Origin: a virus | Lineage: Duplodnaviria; Caudoviricetes | DNA length: 64,000 nt | IMG/VR virus record: IMGVR_UViG_3300046518_000260 | Location: 11,276-75,275 of that record | Direction: 5' to 3' (one strand) | In this document: positions 34,316 through 43,837 of the stretch, one piece after another | How positions within the stretch are numbered: the first letter of the stretch is position 1 | Layout: each line of letters starts with the position of its first letter | Notes under the pieces: model-generated | What the model was told of the DNA's origin: nothing | Databases searched by the model: none | The model's input: only the letters and a program-made list of their open reading frames with translations | Program-made: the position numbers and the translations under genes

Positions 34316-37290
34316 AAGTCATGACCGGATATTCCTACGGCCACTCTGCAGGCCACATCGAAGAAGTCATGGACCGCATTGTTGCATGCGGATATCCGGC
34401 TGCGCCTATCTCTGACTTTTGTTCAACTTTTGGGTTCGTCCAGTGGCGGAAGCTCGCCAAGAAGAAGAACCTCAAACCTATATATGGGGTTACTATCAAT
34501 GTCACCAATGGCCCGCAAGACAAGCGCCCGGCGACGTGTGAATTTACGTTCTACGCCAAAGACAACATCCTCGCAATCCACGACCTTATTGAGCTTGCCA
34601 CAAATCAATTTCGCTATACGCCCCTTCTCACCTATGAGCAAGTTGCACGGGCGAAGGGTGTTATCAAAATCATTGGTCATCGAGCAAGACTTGAGCTCGT
34701 GGAGCCCGATGAAGATACATATGTCGGTGTCACACCTGCGGTCTATCCCGGCTATTTTAAGCAAGCCGAAGAGCTCGGGTTCCAGTTCATTGCGTCCAGC
34801 GAAAACCGCTATACTGGCAAAAATGACCGCATCCTATACGAAACTCTTATGGGTCGCAATAAACAGACGCAGAGCTATCCACAATATATACTCGATCCGG
34901 AAGAATGGCGGGTGGCCGTTGCAAAATGTCAAGCTTCGGACGCACGGCTTGATGAAGCACGAGAGAATTTTCTACGAGCGATGGAGAAGTGCAATGCTCT
35001 CCTGCCACAAGGTACACTCCTTACACCTGTCAAGGATAAGACACTCCGACAACTGTGTGTGGCGGGTGCCGAACGCCTACGGTGCAACCTCGACGATCCG
35101 GTTTATTCGGCGCGCCTTGACCGTGAGCTGACCCTTATTGACGACAAGGGTTTTGAGGACTACTTCTACATCGTGTCTGAAATGATTGCATGGTCCAAGG
35201 AGCGCATGCTGGTAGGGCCGGGCCGTGGTTCCAGCTCAGGCAGTCTGGTATGCTACCTCCTTGGGATCACGATGATTGACCCAATACCATACGGATTGCT
35301 GTTCGAGCGTTTCATCGACATCAACCGCATGGACTTGCCTGACATCGACATCGACTTTAGCGAACAACGCCGTTCCTTGGTGTTCGAACACATGGCAGAT
35401 CTGTACGGCAAGGACCGTACCGCGCGCCTTGGCACCGTGTCGTTGTACAAGCCGAAATCGGTTATTGAAGCGGCGGCGCAGAACCTTGGCGTGCCGTTCT
35501 GGCTGACCAATCCCGTGCGCGACAGTATGATTGAAACATCATCAGGTGACGCGCGTGCACTAAAGGCCATCGAAGACACGTTCGAGAAGACGCCTGCCGG
35601 GCAAAAGCTGATGCAGGCGCATCCTGAAATGGCAATCGCCATGCGGATGGAAGGCCACCCTAACAACAAATCACAGCATGCGGCAGGCGTCATCGTTACC
35701 GCGCGTCCGGTCAAGGAATATGTGGCCGTTGACAGCATCACGGGCGGCACCTACTGCAACAAGAAGGATGCCGAAGAGCTCAACCTTCTTAAGATCGATG
35801 CTTTGGGGCTGACCCAATTGTCCGTCTTTGAGGACGCGCTTGACCTGATAGGCAAAGGCAGCGCTTGGCTTGATGCTATACCGACGGAGGACCAGGATGC
35901 ATTTCGCGTACTTAACGAGCAGAAGTTCTCAGGAGTATTTCAGTTTGAAGGTGCAGCGCTGCAACGAGTTTCGAAAGAGGTCAATATTACGTGCCTCGAC
36001 GATATCATCTCACTTACAGCGCTCGCCCGCCCGGGACCTTTGTCGTCGGGAAGCACGGCGCACTGGATCAAACGCAAGGCAGGCAAGGAAGAAGTCCGCA
36101 TCCCTCATCCCGTATTCGAGCCGTACCTCCTTGATACGTTTGGGGTCGTTGTTTATCAAGAACAAATCATGTCTATCGTGCGCGAAGTCGGGGGACTTTC
36201 TTGGGAGGACACCTCAAATCTACGTAAAGCAATGTCAAAATCTCTTGGACGTGAATTTTTTGACGGCTTTGGAAATCCATTTAAGGAGGAGTGCGTCAAG
36301 AAGGGAGTTCCGTTTGATATCGCCTTCGACGTCTGGGATAGTCTCTGCGCATTTGGGGCTTGGTGTTTCAACAAATCTCATGCGGTGGCGTATGGCCTTA
36401 TCAGCTATCAATGCGCTTATCTCAAAGCACACTATCCGCTTGAATTTGCAGCTGCCACACTGACACATAAGGGCTCTGACGCCGATGGAATTGCCAAGCA
36501 GCTAAAGCAACTCCGAGAAATGCGCGATGAAGGTGTCAGCTATATTGCCGCACACGAAGAGCTCTCCACCGACAAGTGGCGCGTCGGCGTGGTTGACGGT
36601 GAGAAGTTGCTAATTGGACCCGTTCAAAACGTTAAGGGAATTGGCCCAAAGCTAGTTCAGGAGATCATGACGGCGCGCGCAATGAGCTTGCCTTTACCGG
36701 CGCGTGCAGCTAAGCTGTTAAGCTCACCTAAGACGAAAGTTGACACCCTTGCCCCAATCGCTGACGCCTTTAGACGGGTTATGCCTGACCCGCGTGAGCG
36801 GAACATTCTCAACCCACCGACACCTCTCAATGAGATACAGGTCACGGGGCAAGAATACGACGTCTTGGTATTTGTCATTATGGCAAAGATCAACCCTAAA
36901 GACGAAAACGAAGACATCAACGTTGCAAAACGTGGTGGCAAGCGGCTCAGCGGGCCGCACCTTTCCTTGGGGCTGCATCTGGCTGATGATACTGACAATA
37001 TCTATGCCAAGGTGGGACGTTACGACTACGAGGATATAGCTAAACCTATCATTGATCGCGGGCGAGCAAGCAAGGCATTATACGCGATCAAGGGGACGGT
37101 GCCTAAAGACTTCAGAATGATTAATATCAAACTGGTTCGGTATATTGGCGATATCGATCCAAAGTTTGAAACGGCACAACAGGAGCAGACCGTTGAGAGC
37201 GGGACCGATACTGGAACGACTACTGGTAGTTACGGGAGCTATGTGCGGGGCGACATCCTTAGCTCTGGAAGTCAAGCGCCCAATCCCTAA
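34312..37290 (+). CDS. dnaE: DNA polymerase III alpha subunit (C-family, with PHP domain)
   Basis: GPGRGSSSGSLVCYLLGIT, PDIDIDF, HAAGVIV, LLKIDALGL, FNKSHAVAYG. Confidence 0.95.
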   Translation: MKVMTGYSYGHSAGHIEEVMDRIVACGYPAAPISDFCSTFGFVQWRKLAKKKNLKPIYGVTINVTNGPQDKRPATCEFTFYAKDNILAIHDLIELATNQFRYTPLLTYEQVARAKGVIKIIGHRARLELVEPDEDTYVGVTPAVYPGYFKQAEELGFQFIASSENRYTGKNDRILYETLMGRNKQTQSYPQYILDPEEWRVAVAKCQASDARLDEARENFLRAMEKCNALLPQGTLLTPVKDKTLRQLCVAGAERLRCNLDDPVYSARLDRELTLIDDKGFEDYFYIVSEMIAWSKERMLVGPGRGSSSGSLVCYLLGITMIDPIPYGLLFERFIDINRMDLPDIDIDFSEQRRSLVFEHMADLYGKDRTARLGTVSLYKPKSVIEAAAQNLGVPFWLTNPVRDSMIETSSGDARALKAIEDTFEKTPAGQKLMQAHPEMAIAMRMEGHPNNKSQHAAGVIVTARPVKEYVAVDSITGGTYCNKKDAEELNLLKIDALGLTQLSVFEDALDLIGKGSAWLDAIPTEDQDAFRVLNEQKFSGVFQFEGAALQRVSKEVNITCLDDIISLTALARPGPLSSGSTAHWIKRKAGKEEVRIPHPVFEPYLLDTFGVVVYQEQIMSIVREVGGLSWEDTSNLRKAMSKSLGREFFDGFGNPFKEECVKKGVPFDIAFDVWDSLCAFGAWCFNKSHAVAYGLISYQCAYLKAHYPLEFAAATLTHKGSDADGIAKQLKQLREMRDEGVSYIAAHEELSTDKWRVGVVDGEKLLIGPVQNVKGIGPKLVQEIMTARAMSLPLPARAAKLLSSPKTKVDTLAPIADAFRRVMPDPRERNILNPPTPLNEIQVTGQEYDVLVFVIMAKINPKDENEDINVAKRGGKRLSGPHLSLGLHLADDTDNIYAKVGRYDYEDIAKPIIDRGRASKALYAIKGTVPKDFRMINIKLVRYIGDIDPKFETAQQEQTVESGTDTGTTTGSYGSYVRGDILSSGSQAPNP

Positions 37291-37372
37291 AGACGTGCTG
37301 ATTAAATGGAGCCGGGAGCTACGGGAAGCTGCCGCGCTGGTTGACCAATTGTTGGGCGGTAACAAATCATGA
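37166..37372 (+). CDS. Small hypothetical protein overlapping the dnaE 3' end
   Basis: TTG start; ATGA-coupled to the primase-helicase. Confidence 0.45.
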   Translation: MKRHNRSRPLRAGPILERLLVVTGAMCGATSLALEVKRPIPKDVLIKWSRELREAAALVDQLLGGNKS

Positions 37373-39582
37373 TATCCGATCTTTACGACATTCCATCCGT
37401 AGCACAATATCTACGGCGGATTAAGGCCGAAACGCGCGGTCTATATACCGCCGTTATCCGTGAAAAGCGCGGCAAATATTTCAAAGACCTGAACCGTATC
37501 GAGTTTGACCCGGCCGATGGCAAGGTGTCGACTGATGACAGCATCGCCCCAAGCGAGCTGGAGCAGCAGAATATCACGGCTGAATGGACTACGGTCACGT
37601 TCCCAGAATATGTGACGCCTGCCCGCGCGATCAACCTGCCACAAGCGCTGATGGAAGCCGACGCCAACGCCGTCTTTGAATTCAAGGACCGTTGGGGCAA
37701 AATCCTGATGCTGCAACAGCGTCTCGACCCAAAAGATGACATGGAAGAGAAGCGTTATATACCGTGGACTTATTGGTCAGATGACCAGTGGCGCAAGATT
37801 GAACCACCGACGCTCCTGCCGCTGTATGGCTTGGACAAGATCGGTGACTATACGACAGTGTTCATCCATGAAGGTGCCAAGGCAGCACGGGCCATGCACC
37901 GTCTGTTAGAGGACAACAAGGCATATCACCCGTGGCTGGAAGAGCTCCGGGCCGGGGCGCATGTAGGCTGGTCAGGTGGCGCACTCAACCCGCGCCGTAC
38001 AGACTGGTTCCCGCTGGAAGACATGGGCATAAAGCGTGCCTTCATTGTTTCAGACAATGACAAGCCCGGTCGCGAAGCCGTAGCGCCTATTTCGCAGAAG
38101 CTGCGCATGCAGACCTTCCATGTGCAGTTCACGGACGAATGGCCGTCGGCCTTTGACCTTGCTGACGAGTTCCCCAAGAAGATGTTTGCCAAGCTGGAAG
38201 GTAAGGAAATCTATCGCGGGCCAATGTTCGAAAGCTGCGTCCATCCTGCCACATGGATGACAGACGAAGTCAAGCAGCCCAAGGGGCGACCGGCATATTT
38301 TCTGCGCCCGCATGTTACGGAAGAATGGTTCTATGTCGACCGTGCGGACATGTTTGTCAATTTGGAGCGCCCGCACATCGCTGGTAACGAAAAGATCATC
38401 AATACCATGCTGGCAAGTTTCAGTGATACCTCCGATACCTGCCGGTTGATCTCCAAGAAATATTCAGGCCGAATGTCCCGGCTCTGCTACCGCCCTGACG
38501 TTGTCGGCCGCAAAGTTACCGAAGGCAATACGTCTGCGATCAACATGCACATCCCTCCGGCTATCCGTTCCATGCCCGGCAACCCGGAACCTTTTCTGGA
38601 GTTCATGCGTTATCTGGTAGTGAAGCCGGAAGAATGCAAGGAGGCCCTGCGCTGGTGTGCTACCCTGATAGCCAAGCCGGAAGTGCGGATGTTGTACGGT
38701 CTGCTCCTGATCTCTGAAATGCAGGGCGTCGGCAAATCTACTTTGTCAAGCCGCATCCTTGCGCCGTTGGTCGGCATGAGCAATGTCGGCTTCCCTACTG
38801 AAAACGACATTGTGGAGAGCCAGTTCAATTCGTGGATGGCAAACAAGCGTCTCGTCGTTGTCAGTGAAATCTATTCAGGTCACTCCTGGAAAGCCTACAA
38901 CAAACTGAAGACCTACATCACCGACACGGAGATCATGGTCAACGAGAAACAACAGAAGCGCTACCAGACAGAAAATTGGGCGCACTTCATTGCCAGCTCG
39001 AATTCGGTTAAGGCCATGAAGATTGAAGACGAGGACCGCCGTTGGTTGTGTCCAGAATGTACTGAAATAAAATGGCCTGCCAAGAAGTTCAAAGAGTTTA
39101 ACGAATGGATTAATGCCGGTGGCCTTGCCATCATCAAGCATTGGGCCGAAAACTTTGGGGACTATGTGGCGGTCGGCGAAGCAGCCCCAATGACGACCAA
39201 GAAAAAAGAAATGATTGCTGCTTCCAGAACTCCGGAAGAAGTGCGGGCTGCCGAGCTTGCCGAGCGTATCATATTCGAAGAAGTGCACGTCGCCCTCTCG
39301 ACCCGTGACATTGAAGTCTGGTCAAGGTACGATAGCAAGGGCAAATCTTTCAGCACTGCACATGATCTGCGCAAGGCCATGCTGAACGAAGGTATGGTCG
39401 CCCACAGCAAGCGCATCCGCATCGGCGGCGTGCTGCAATACGTTCTGCTCAGCCCGGCACTGTTTGCCGCGCATCAGGCCGTGTTTGAAGAGCCTGAGTT
39501 GGAAGAGAAGACCATTGCTGAGCTTATCCGCAAGCACATCAAGTATCCGCAAGATATCGCACCCATGTCTTCCGCTGCATAA
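37369..39582 (+). CDS. Primase-helicase (TOPRIM-like domain plus DUF5906/SF3-type NTPase)
   Basis: FIHEGAKAA, VSDNDKPG; Walker A QGVGKS; VVVSE. Confidence 0.85.
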   Translation: MISDLYDIPSVAQYLRRIKAETRGLYTAVIREKRGKYFKDLNRIEFDPADGKVSTDDSIAPSELEQQNITAEWTTVTFPEYVTPARAINLPQALMEADANAVFEFKDRWGKILMLQQRLDPKDDMEEKRYIPWTYWSDDQWRKIEPPTLLPLYGLDKIGDYTTVFIHEGAKAARAMHRLLEDNKAYHPWLEELRAGAHVGWSGGALNPRRTDWFPLEDMGIKRAFIVSDNDKPGREAVAPISQKLRMQTFHVQFTDEWPSAFDLADEFPKKMFAKLEGKEIYRGPMFESCVHPATWMTDEVKQPKGRPAYFLRPHVTEEWFYVDRADMFVNLERPHIAGNEKIINTMLASFSDTSDTCRLISKKYSGRMSRLCYRPDVVGRKVTEGNTSAINMHIPPAIRSMPGNPEPFLEFMRYLVVKPEECKEALRWCATLIAKPEVRMLYGLLLISEMQGVGKSTLSSRILAPLVGMSNVGFPTENDIVESQFNSWMANKRLVVVSEIYSGHSWKAYNKLKTYITDTEIMVNEKQQKRYQTENWAHFIASSNSVKAMKIEDEDRRWLCPECTEIKWPAKKFKEFNEWINAGGLAIIKHWAENFGDYVAVGEAAPMTTKKKEMIAASRTPEEVRAAELAERIIFEEVHVALSTRDIEVWSRYDSKGKSFSTAHDLRKAMLNEGMVAHSKRIRIGGVLQYVLLSPALFAAHQAVFEEPELEEKTIAELIRKHIKYPQDIAPMSSAA

Positions 39583-39640
39583 CTGCCTTGCCTTTTAAAA
39601 GGCGGCATGGCACAACGGGTCAGTTAAGTAGGATTGAGTA

Positions 39641-41338
39641 ATGATTTTAACGGCAAACAATGAAACCTGCGTTGCTCGTGTTGATAAAGGGCAGGCATTC
39701 GGGAAGCGGCTCATGGGCTTTCTCGAAAAGGTTGCCGGGCGCAAGAATTTCACCAAGGACGGAAGCGGCTATTGGTTCGAAACTTCGCAGCGTAATATCG
39801 AATATTGGCTGGAAGCATTCCCTGAGTGCACGCTCGTCGACGCTCGGCAGAAGTCCAAGGTCAACATTATTGACCAATCGCTGTTCGGCAATGTGCGCAA
39901 GCCGCGCCCGCCGTTCCAGATTGTCAAGCAGCCGTATGCTCACCAAACGCGCGGTTTCGAAAAGACCAAGGACTTGACGCTGAGCGCCCTGTTCATGGGC
40001 ACAGGGACCGGCAAGACCAAAGTCTCGATCGATAAAGCGGTTTATCTTTGGTCCCAACATTTGATCGACGCCCTGCTCATTCTGACCAAGAAGGGCGTGC
40101 ATGAACAGTGGGTCGACGAACAGCTACCGGAGCACATCCATGAAAGCATACCGTATGTCGCGCACGCTTGGGAAGGCTTCACGACTGTTCGCGAAAAACA
40201 GGCGTTTGATAAGGTGCTTAATGCGTCTGAGAAACTCCGGGTTTTCTCTATTAATCTCGATGCGATTTCATCCAAGAACGGCTTCAACGCTGTTATGCGG
40301 TTTATTAAACGAGCGGGTGGGCGTGTCTACGCTATCGTTGACGAAAGCCAGGACGCTAAGGACCCTGAGAGCAATCGAGGCCAGACACTCCAGGAGATAA
40401 GGGATGAATGTCTCTATCGGTCGGTTCTGTCGGGCACCCCGATCGGGAAGAACCTCGAAGACGTTTGGGGTCAGTTCCATTTTCTTGACACCGACATTAT
40501 CGGCCACGAATACAAGACGCCGTTCCGTGCTGAATATTGCAAGATGGGCGGCTTCCAAGGCAAGGCGGTTGTCGGCCATAAGGACTTGGAAAAGTTCTAT
40601 GGCCGCATCGATAGCGTGACGTTCCGGGCTACCAAAGAAGACGAGCTTGACCTGCCGGAAAAGCTGTACGAACGCAAGGCGTTCAAGCTGACGACCAAGC
40701 AGCAAGCCGTATATGACAAGCTAAAGAAAGAGTTTATCGTCCGGCTTGAGAACGATGCTACCGTGACCGTTGACCATGCGGCCACCATGGTCATGCGCCT
40801 GCAACAGATCGCATGCGGCTTCGTGGTGGATGAGGACGGCACGACCCAGAAGTTGGACAACCCAAGGATTGACTTGCTGGAAAGCCTTGATGACGACATC
40901 GGCCGGAAGGAAAAGAAGATCGTTTGGTGCCGGTTCAAGGAAGACTACGTCAATCTGAAGACGCTGTTTGGTTCCCGGGCCGTGGACTACGTAGGCCATA
41001 CCTCTGACGAAGATCGCAAGCTCAACAAAGGATTGTTCCTTGACAAAAACTCTGGAAAAGACATCCTTATTTCTAACCCATCTTCGGGCGGAACGGGGCT
41101 CAATCTTCAGGGCGAGTGTGCCTATGCGATTTATTATTCCAATTCCTACAACGCTATTCACCGCTGGCAGTCGGAAGACCGTATCCACAGGATCGGCACC
41201 TACAAGACCTGCCACTTCATCGACCTGATTGCCAGCCGTACAGTTGACAATCGGATACAACAGAACCTAAGACAGAAAAAGGACTTCTCGCAGCTCGTAC
41301 TGGACGATATTCGCAAGATGATTTTTGAGGCAGCATGA
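39641..41338 (+). CDS. SNF2-like SF2 helicase
   Basis: LFMGTGTGKT, IVDES, LSGTP, GGTGLNLQ, QSEDRIHRIG. Confidence 0.9.
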   Translation: MILTANNETCVARVDKGQAFGKRLMGFLEKVAGRKNFTKDGSGYWFETSQRNIEYWLEAFPECTLVDARQKSKVNIIDQSLFGNVRKPRPPFQIVKQPYAHQTRGFEKTKDLTLSALFMGTGTGKTKVSIDKAVYLWSQHLIDALLILTKKGVHEQWVDEQLPEHIHESIPYVAHAWEGFTTVREKQAFDKVLNASEKLRVFSINLDAISSKNGFNAVMRFIKRAGGRVYAIVDESQDAKDPESNRGQTLQEIRDECLYRSVLSGTPIGKNLEDVWGQFHFLDTDIIGHEYKTPFRAEYCKMGGFQGKAVVGHKDLEKFYGRIDSVTFRATKEDELDLPEKLYERKAFKLTTKQQAVYDKLKKEFIVRLENDATVTVDHAATMVMRLQQIACGFVVDEDGTTQKLDNPRIDLLESLDDDIGRKEKKIVWCRFKEDYVNLKTLFGSRAVDYVGHTSDEDRKLNKGLFLDKNSGKDILISNPSSGGTGLNLQGECAYAIYYSNSYNAIHRWQSEDRIHRIGTYKTCHFIDLIASRTVDNRIQQNLRQKKDFSQLVLDDIRKMIFEAA

Positions 41339-41661
41339 TGCGCTATTCCGACAAACAACTTATCCTCCTACGAGCCTTCTCTGAGTTCCTCAAGAAAGGA
41401 ATTAACCATGTTCCGCTTGATGATCTTATCTGTGTTGTCAAAGACGAGATTGACCCGCATAATGCCCACGTCAACTTCCGCTCGGGTATCAACGCCTGTA
41501 TCCGAGATCTTCAACGCAAAGTCCCAAAGGAGGGTTTGCTCCTTAACGGCAACGACAAAGTCGGCCGTGGCAATAAGTCTGAGTTTCTCGTGAGTGGTCC
41601 TTACGAGGAAGTGTACAAGAGGGAAAACGCGCGGCGCTTGCAGAGCGAAGTTGCCGCATAA
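41335..41661 (+). CDS. Hypothetical protein (wHTH-like)
   Basis: Coupled ORF; helical N-terminus and GRGNKSEF wing-like segment. Confidence 0.6.
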   Translation: MMRYSDKQLILLRAFSEFLKKGINHVPLDDLICVVKDEIDPHNAHVNFRSGINACIRDLQRKVPKEGLLLNGNDKVGRGNKSEFLVSGPYEEVYKRENARRLQSEVAA

Positions 41662-41676
41662 CCGAGCAGGGAGCAC

Positions 41677-41838
41677 ATGCAGTTCAGAGTTAAAGTTGAG
41701 AGCCGGACGACCGGTTCTCTTTACACCCTTGATGTTGTCGCTAAAAATCCAGAGGCGGCAGCACAGATCGTTCGTAGCGAACACAAGGACGCTACGATCA
41801 TCACTATCAAGAAAACCAAGACGCCGCAAACGGCATAA
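41677..41838 (+). CDS. 53-aa hypothetical protein
   Basis: GGGAG RBS; MQFRVKVESRTTGSLYTLDV... Confidence 0.55.
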   Translation: MQFRVKVESRTTGSLYTLDVVAKNPEAAAQIVRSEHKDATIITIKKTKTPQTA

Positions 41839-41852
41839 CAGGAGAGACTATA

Positions 41853-42254
41853 ATGACTACACTATCAGCACCGACATTCGGCGACGTAGAAAAGACCAGC
41901 TCATTGCGCGAAGTGCTCGACGCTGCTTCCGCCCGCCCGACCAGCATTATTGCTGCGCAACCGGTCAAGTCGGTCGCCGACTACCGCCCGCCTGCGAAGG
42001 TGATCACGCCTGCAGAAATCGTCGACGCCAGCTACAAGAAAATTGCCGATGAAATCTCGGCTACCAATAGCGCCATCAAGTCCAAGCAGGCCCGCATCGA
42101 CGAACTGATGGAGGGTATCAGCCGCATGGGTCGCGATATCCTTGAGCTTGGGGTCGAGCTCGGCGAACTGCAACGGCACAAGAATACGCTCGGCATTTCG
42201 CTTTCGGTGGCGGAATGGAACATTGCACCACGCGGCTTGCCAACGGCCAATTAG
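41853..42254 (+). CDS. Coiled-coil hypothetical protein
   Basis: AGGAG RBS. Confidence 0.7.
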   Translation: MTTLSAPTFGDVEKTSSLREVLDAASARPTSIIAAQPVKSVADYRPPAKVITPAEIVDASYKKIADEISATNSAIKSKQARIDELMEGISRMGRDILELGVELGELQRHKNTLGISLSVAEWNIAPRGLPTAN

Positions 42255-42299
42255 GGCTGGCGGCTAGGGTAGTACCCGGCAGCACCAGAAAACGCACAG

Positions 42300-42335
42300 A
42301 GGCCGCTAGATTTGGCAACCTAGCGGCCTTTATTT
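42300..42335. terminator. Bidirectional terminator between the replication and late transcripts
   Basis: AGGCCGCTAG/CTAGCGGCCT stem followed by TTATTTATT. Confidence 0.75.
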
Positions 42336-42582
42336 ATTGGGTAGCACCTGCGAGCTTGTAACCGTGGGCGGAAAGCTCTCCTGGGGTGTAAACCTTGGCA
42401 CGGCCAAGGCGGACGATAGTTCGGTTAATGTTATCCTGATCAGCAGCGGTTTTGCCTTGTGTGCCAATGAGATCAGTTCCCACCACTCGGCGCATTGCCA
42501 CCACATCGATTGTGCTGCCAGTCCCACATCCGCTTGCGAGCGAGACAAGCATCATAATCGATAGCACCTTCCTCGGCAGCAT
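42334..42582 (-). CDS. o-spanin-like lipoprotein
   Basis: Signal peptide with lipobox LASGC; overlaps the i-spanin-like gene. Confidence 0.7.
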   Translation of the reverse strand: MLPRKVLSIMMLVSLASGCGTGSTIDVVAMRRVVGTDLIGTQGKTAADQDNINRTIVRLGRAKVYTPGELSAHGYKLAGATQ

Positions 42583-42727
42583 TGCCGAGTTTGTTGTTAT
42601 TCTTCCGCACGTCTTCAAGTGCCGTCTCCTTGCCGTAATTGTAGATCTTGTATCCAGTGACGCCGAAGGCGGTGATCGCTAAGACCGCCGCCCCAAGGAT
42701 TAAAGCCATTCTGATATTTAGGTTCAT
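42473..42727 (-). CDS. i-spanin-like protein
   Basis: N-terminal TM helix, periplasmic helix, two Cys near the C-terminus; directly after the endolysin. Confidence 0.7.
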   Translation of the reverse strand: MNLNIRMALILGAAVLAITAFGVTGYKIYNYGKETALEDVRKNNNKLGNAAEEGAIDYDACLARKRMWDWQHNRCGGNAPSGGN

Positions 42728-43830
42728 GCGGCCCTCGTTTCCACGCCAAGATTTGTATGGCGTTTCTTATACAGACCGTAGCCCGCATATGCCAGACCAG
42801 CAACGATCACAACAGCGGAGGCAACTCCGAGGTACGTGGTCAAGTGATCAACAATCGCGGTGCCCGTATAAGGGGCTAGCTGGTCCTTGGCCGCACTAAG
42901 CTGTTGCTTGGCAGTCTCCAAGCCAGCAGTACCGCCGATCCCGGCGAACAAACCTTGCTTGACTTCCTGAGTGTCCAGCGGCTTTTGCTGACCGACCTTT
43001 TCCTGCGGTGAAGTCTTGTAGCGCTGCAATGCCTCAACCGTCTGCGGTCCGGCGACGCCATCGATGTCAAGGCCATTGTTCTTTTGGAACACCTTGACCG
43101 CGCGCTCGGTCGAAGCGCCGTAGTCACCATCGACCGTGACCGAAAAGCCAGCCCGCACCAGCAAGCCTTGCAGTTCGCGGACCTTGGCTCCGGACGAACC
43201 AGAACGCAGCATACCGGCAGAAGTCGGAGCAGGTGCCGGAGCGCCTTCCAAGTCCTCGTATGCCTGCTTCATCTTGGTATCGTATTTGTTCTTGGCATAA
43301 CCAGCGCCGTTCCAAATACGGGCAACCGCTGACCAATCAAGGCGGCGCAGATGGGGAATGACGCCTGACTTATCCATGAAGGCGAACATGATTGCCAGCT
43401 GACCACTAAGGCCAGACTGCATGGTCTTTTCGAAATCTTCAGCAGATGCGAAGCCCAACCATTTCCAGTGGGCACCCATGATTTGACCGACGCCCCAAGA
43501 GCATGAACTGATGGCGGCTGTAACGTCGATCAGCTTGCCGCGTTCAAGGATGTTGTAGCGGGCCGTCTGGCTTGCCGGGTTCGGGATGCCGCCAACCTTT
43601 GGGCTGGCAAGTCCGGCCTTGCGCGCAGATGCTTGGAACTTGGACGGAACCAACTTATCGAAATAGTGACCTTCCCAACGGATGATCGCCTTCAGTATAT
43701 TGCCGACCAGAGTGCCGGTATCCGCGTTGGTTTCGACCCGCATGAAAGCAAGGCAGGCGTTCAAGGCGACGCCCTTCTGCGATGCATACTGACCTACGAG
43801 TTTAATGTCTTGTGCCGTTAACGCTGTCAT
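42724..43830 (-). CDS. Endolysin: N-acetylmuramidase (DUF3380-like) + PG-binding domain + C-terminal TM helix
   Basis: IRWEGHYF, SCSWGVGQIMGAHW, WNGAGY; LRSGSSGAKVRELQ...DGVAGPQT; LGVASAVVIVAGLAYAGYGLYKKR. Confidence 0.9.
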   Translation of the reverse strand: MTALTAQDIKLVGQYASQKGVALNACLAFMRVETNADTGTLVGNILKAIIRWEGHYFDKLVPSKFQASARKAGLASPKVGGIPNPASQTARYNILERGKLIDVTAAISSCSWGVGQIMGAHWKWLGFASAEDFEKTMQSGLSGQLAIMFAFMDKSGVIPHLRRLDWSAVARIWNGAGYAKNKYDTKMKQAYEDLEGAPAPAPTSAGMLRSGSSGAKVRELQGLLVRAGFSVTVDGDYGASTERAVKVFQKNNGLDIDGVAGPQTVEALQRYKTSPQEKVGQQKPLDTQEVKQGLFAGIGGTAGLETAKQQLSAAKDQLAPYTGTAIVDHLTTYLGVASAVVIVAGLAYAGYGLYKKRHTNLGVETRAA

Positions 43831-43837
43831 AATATCC

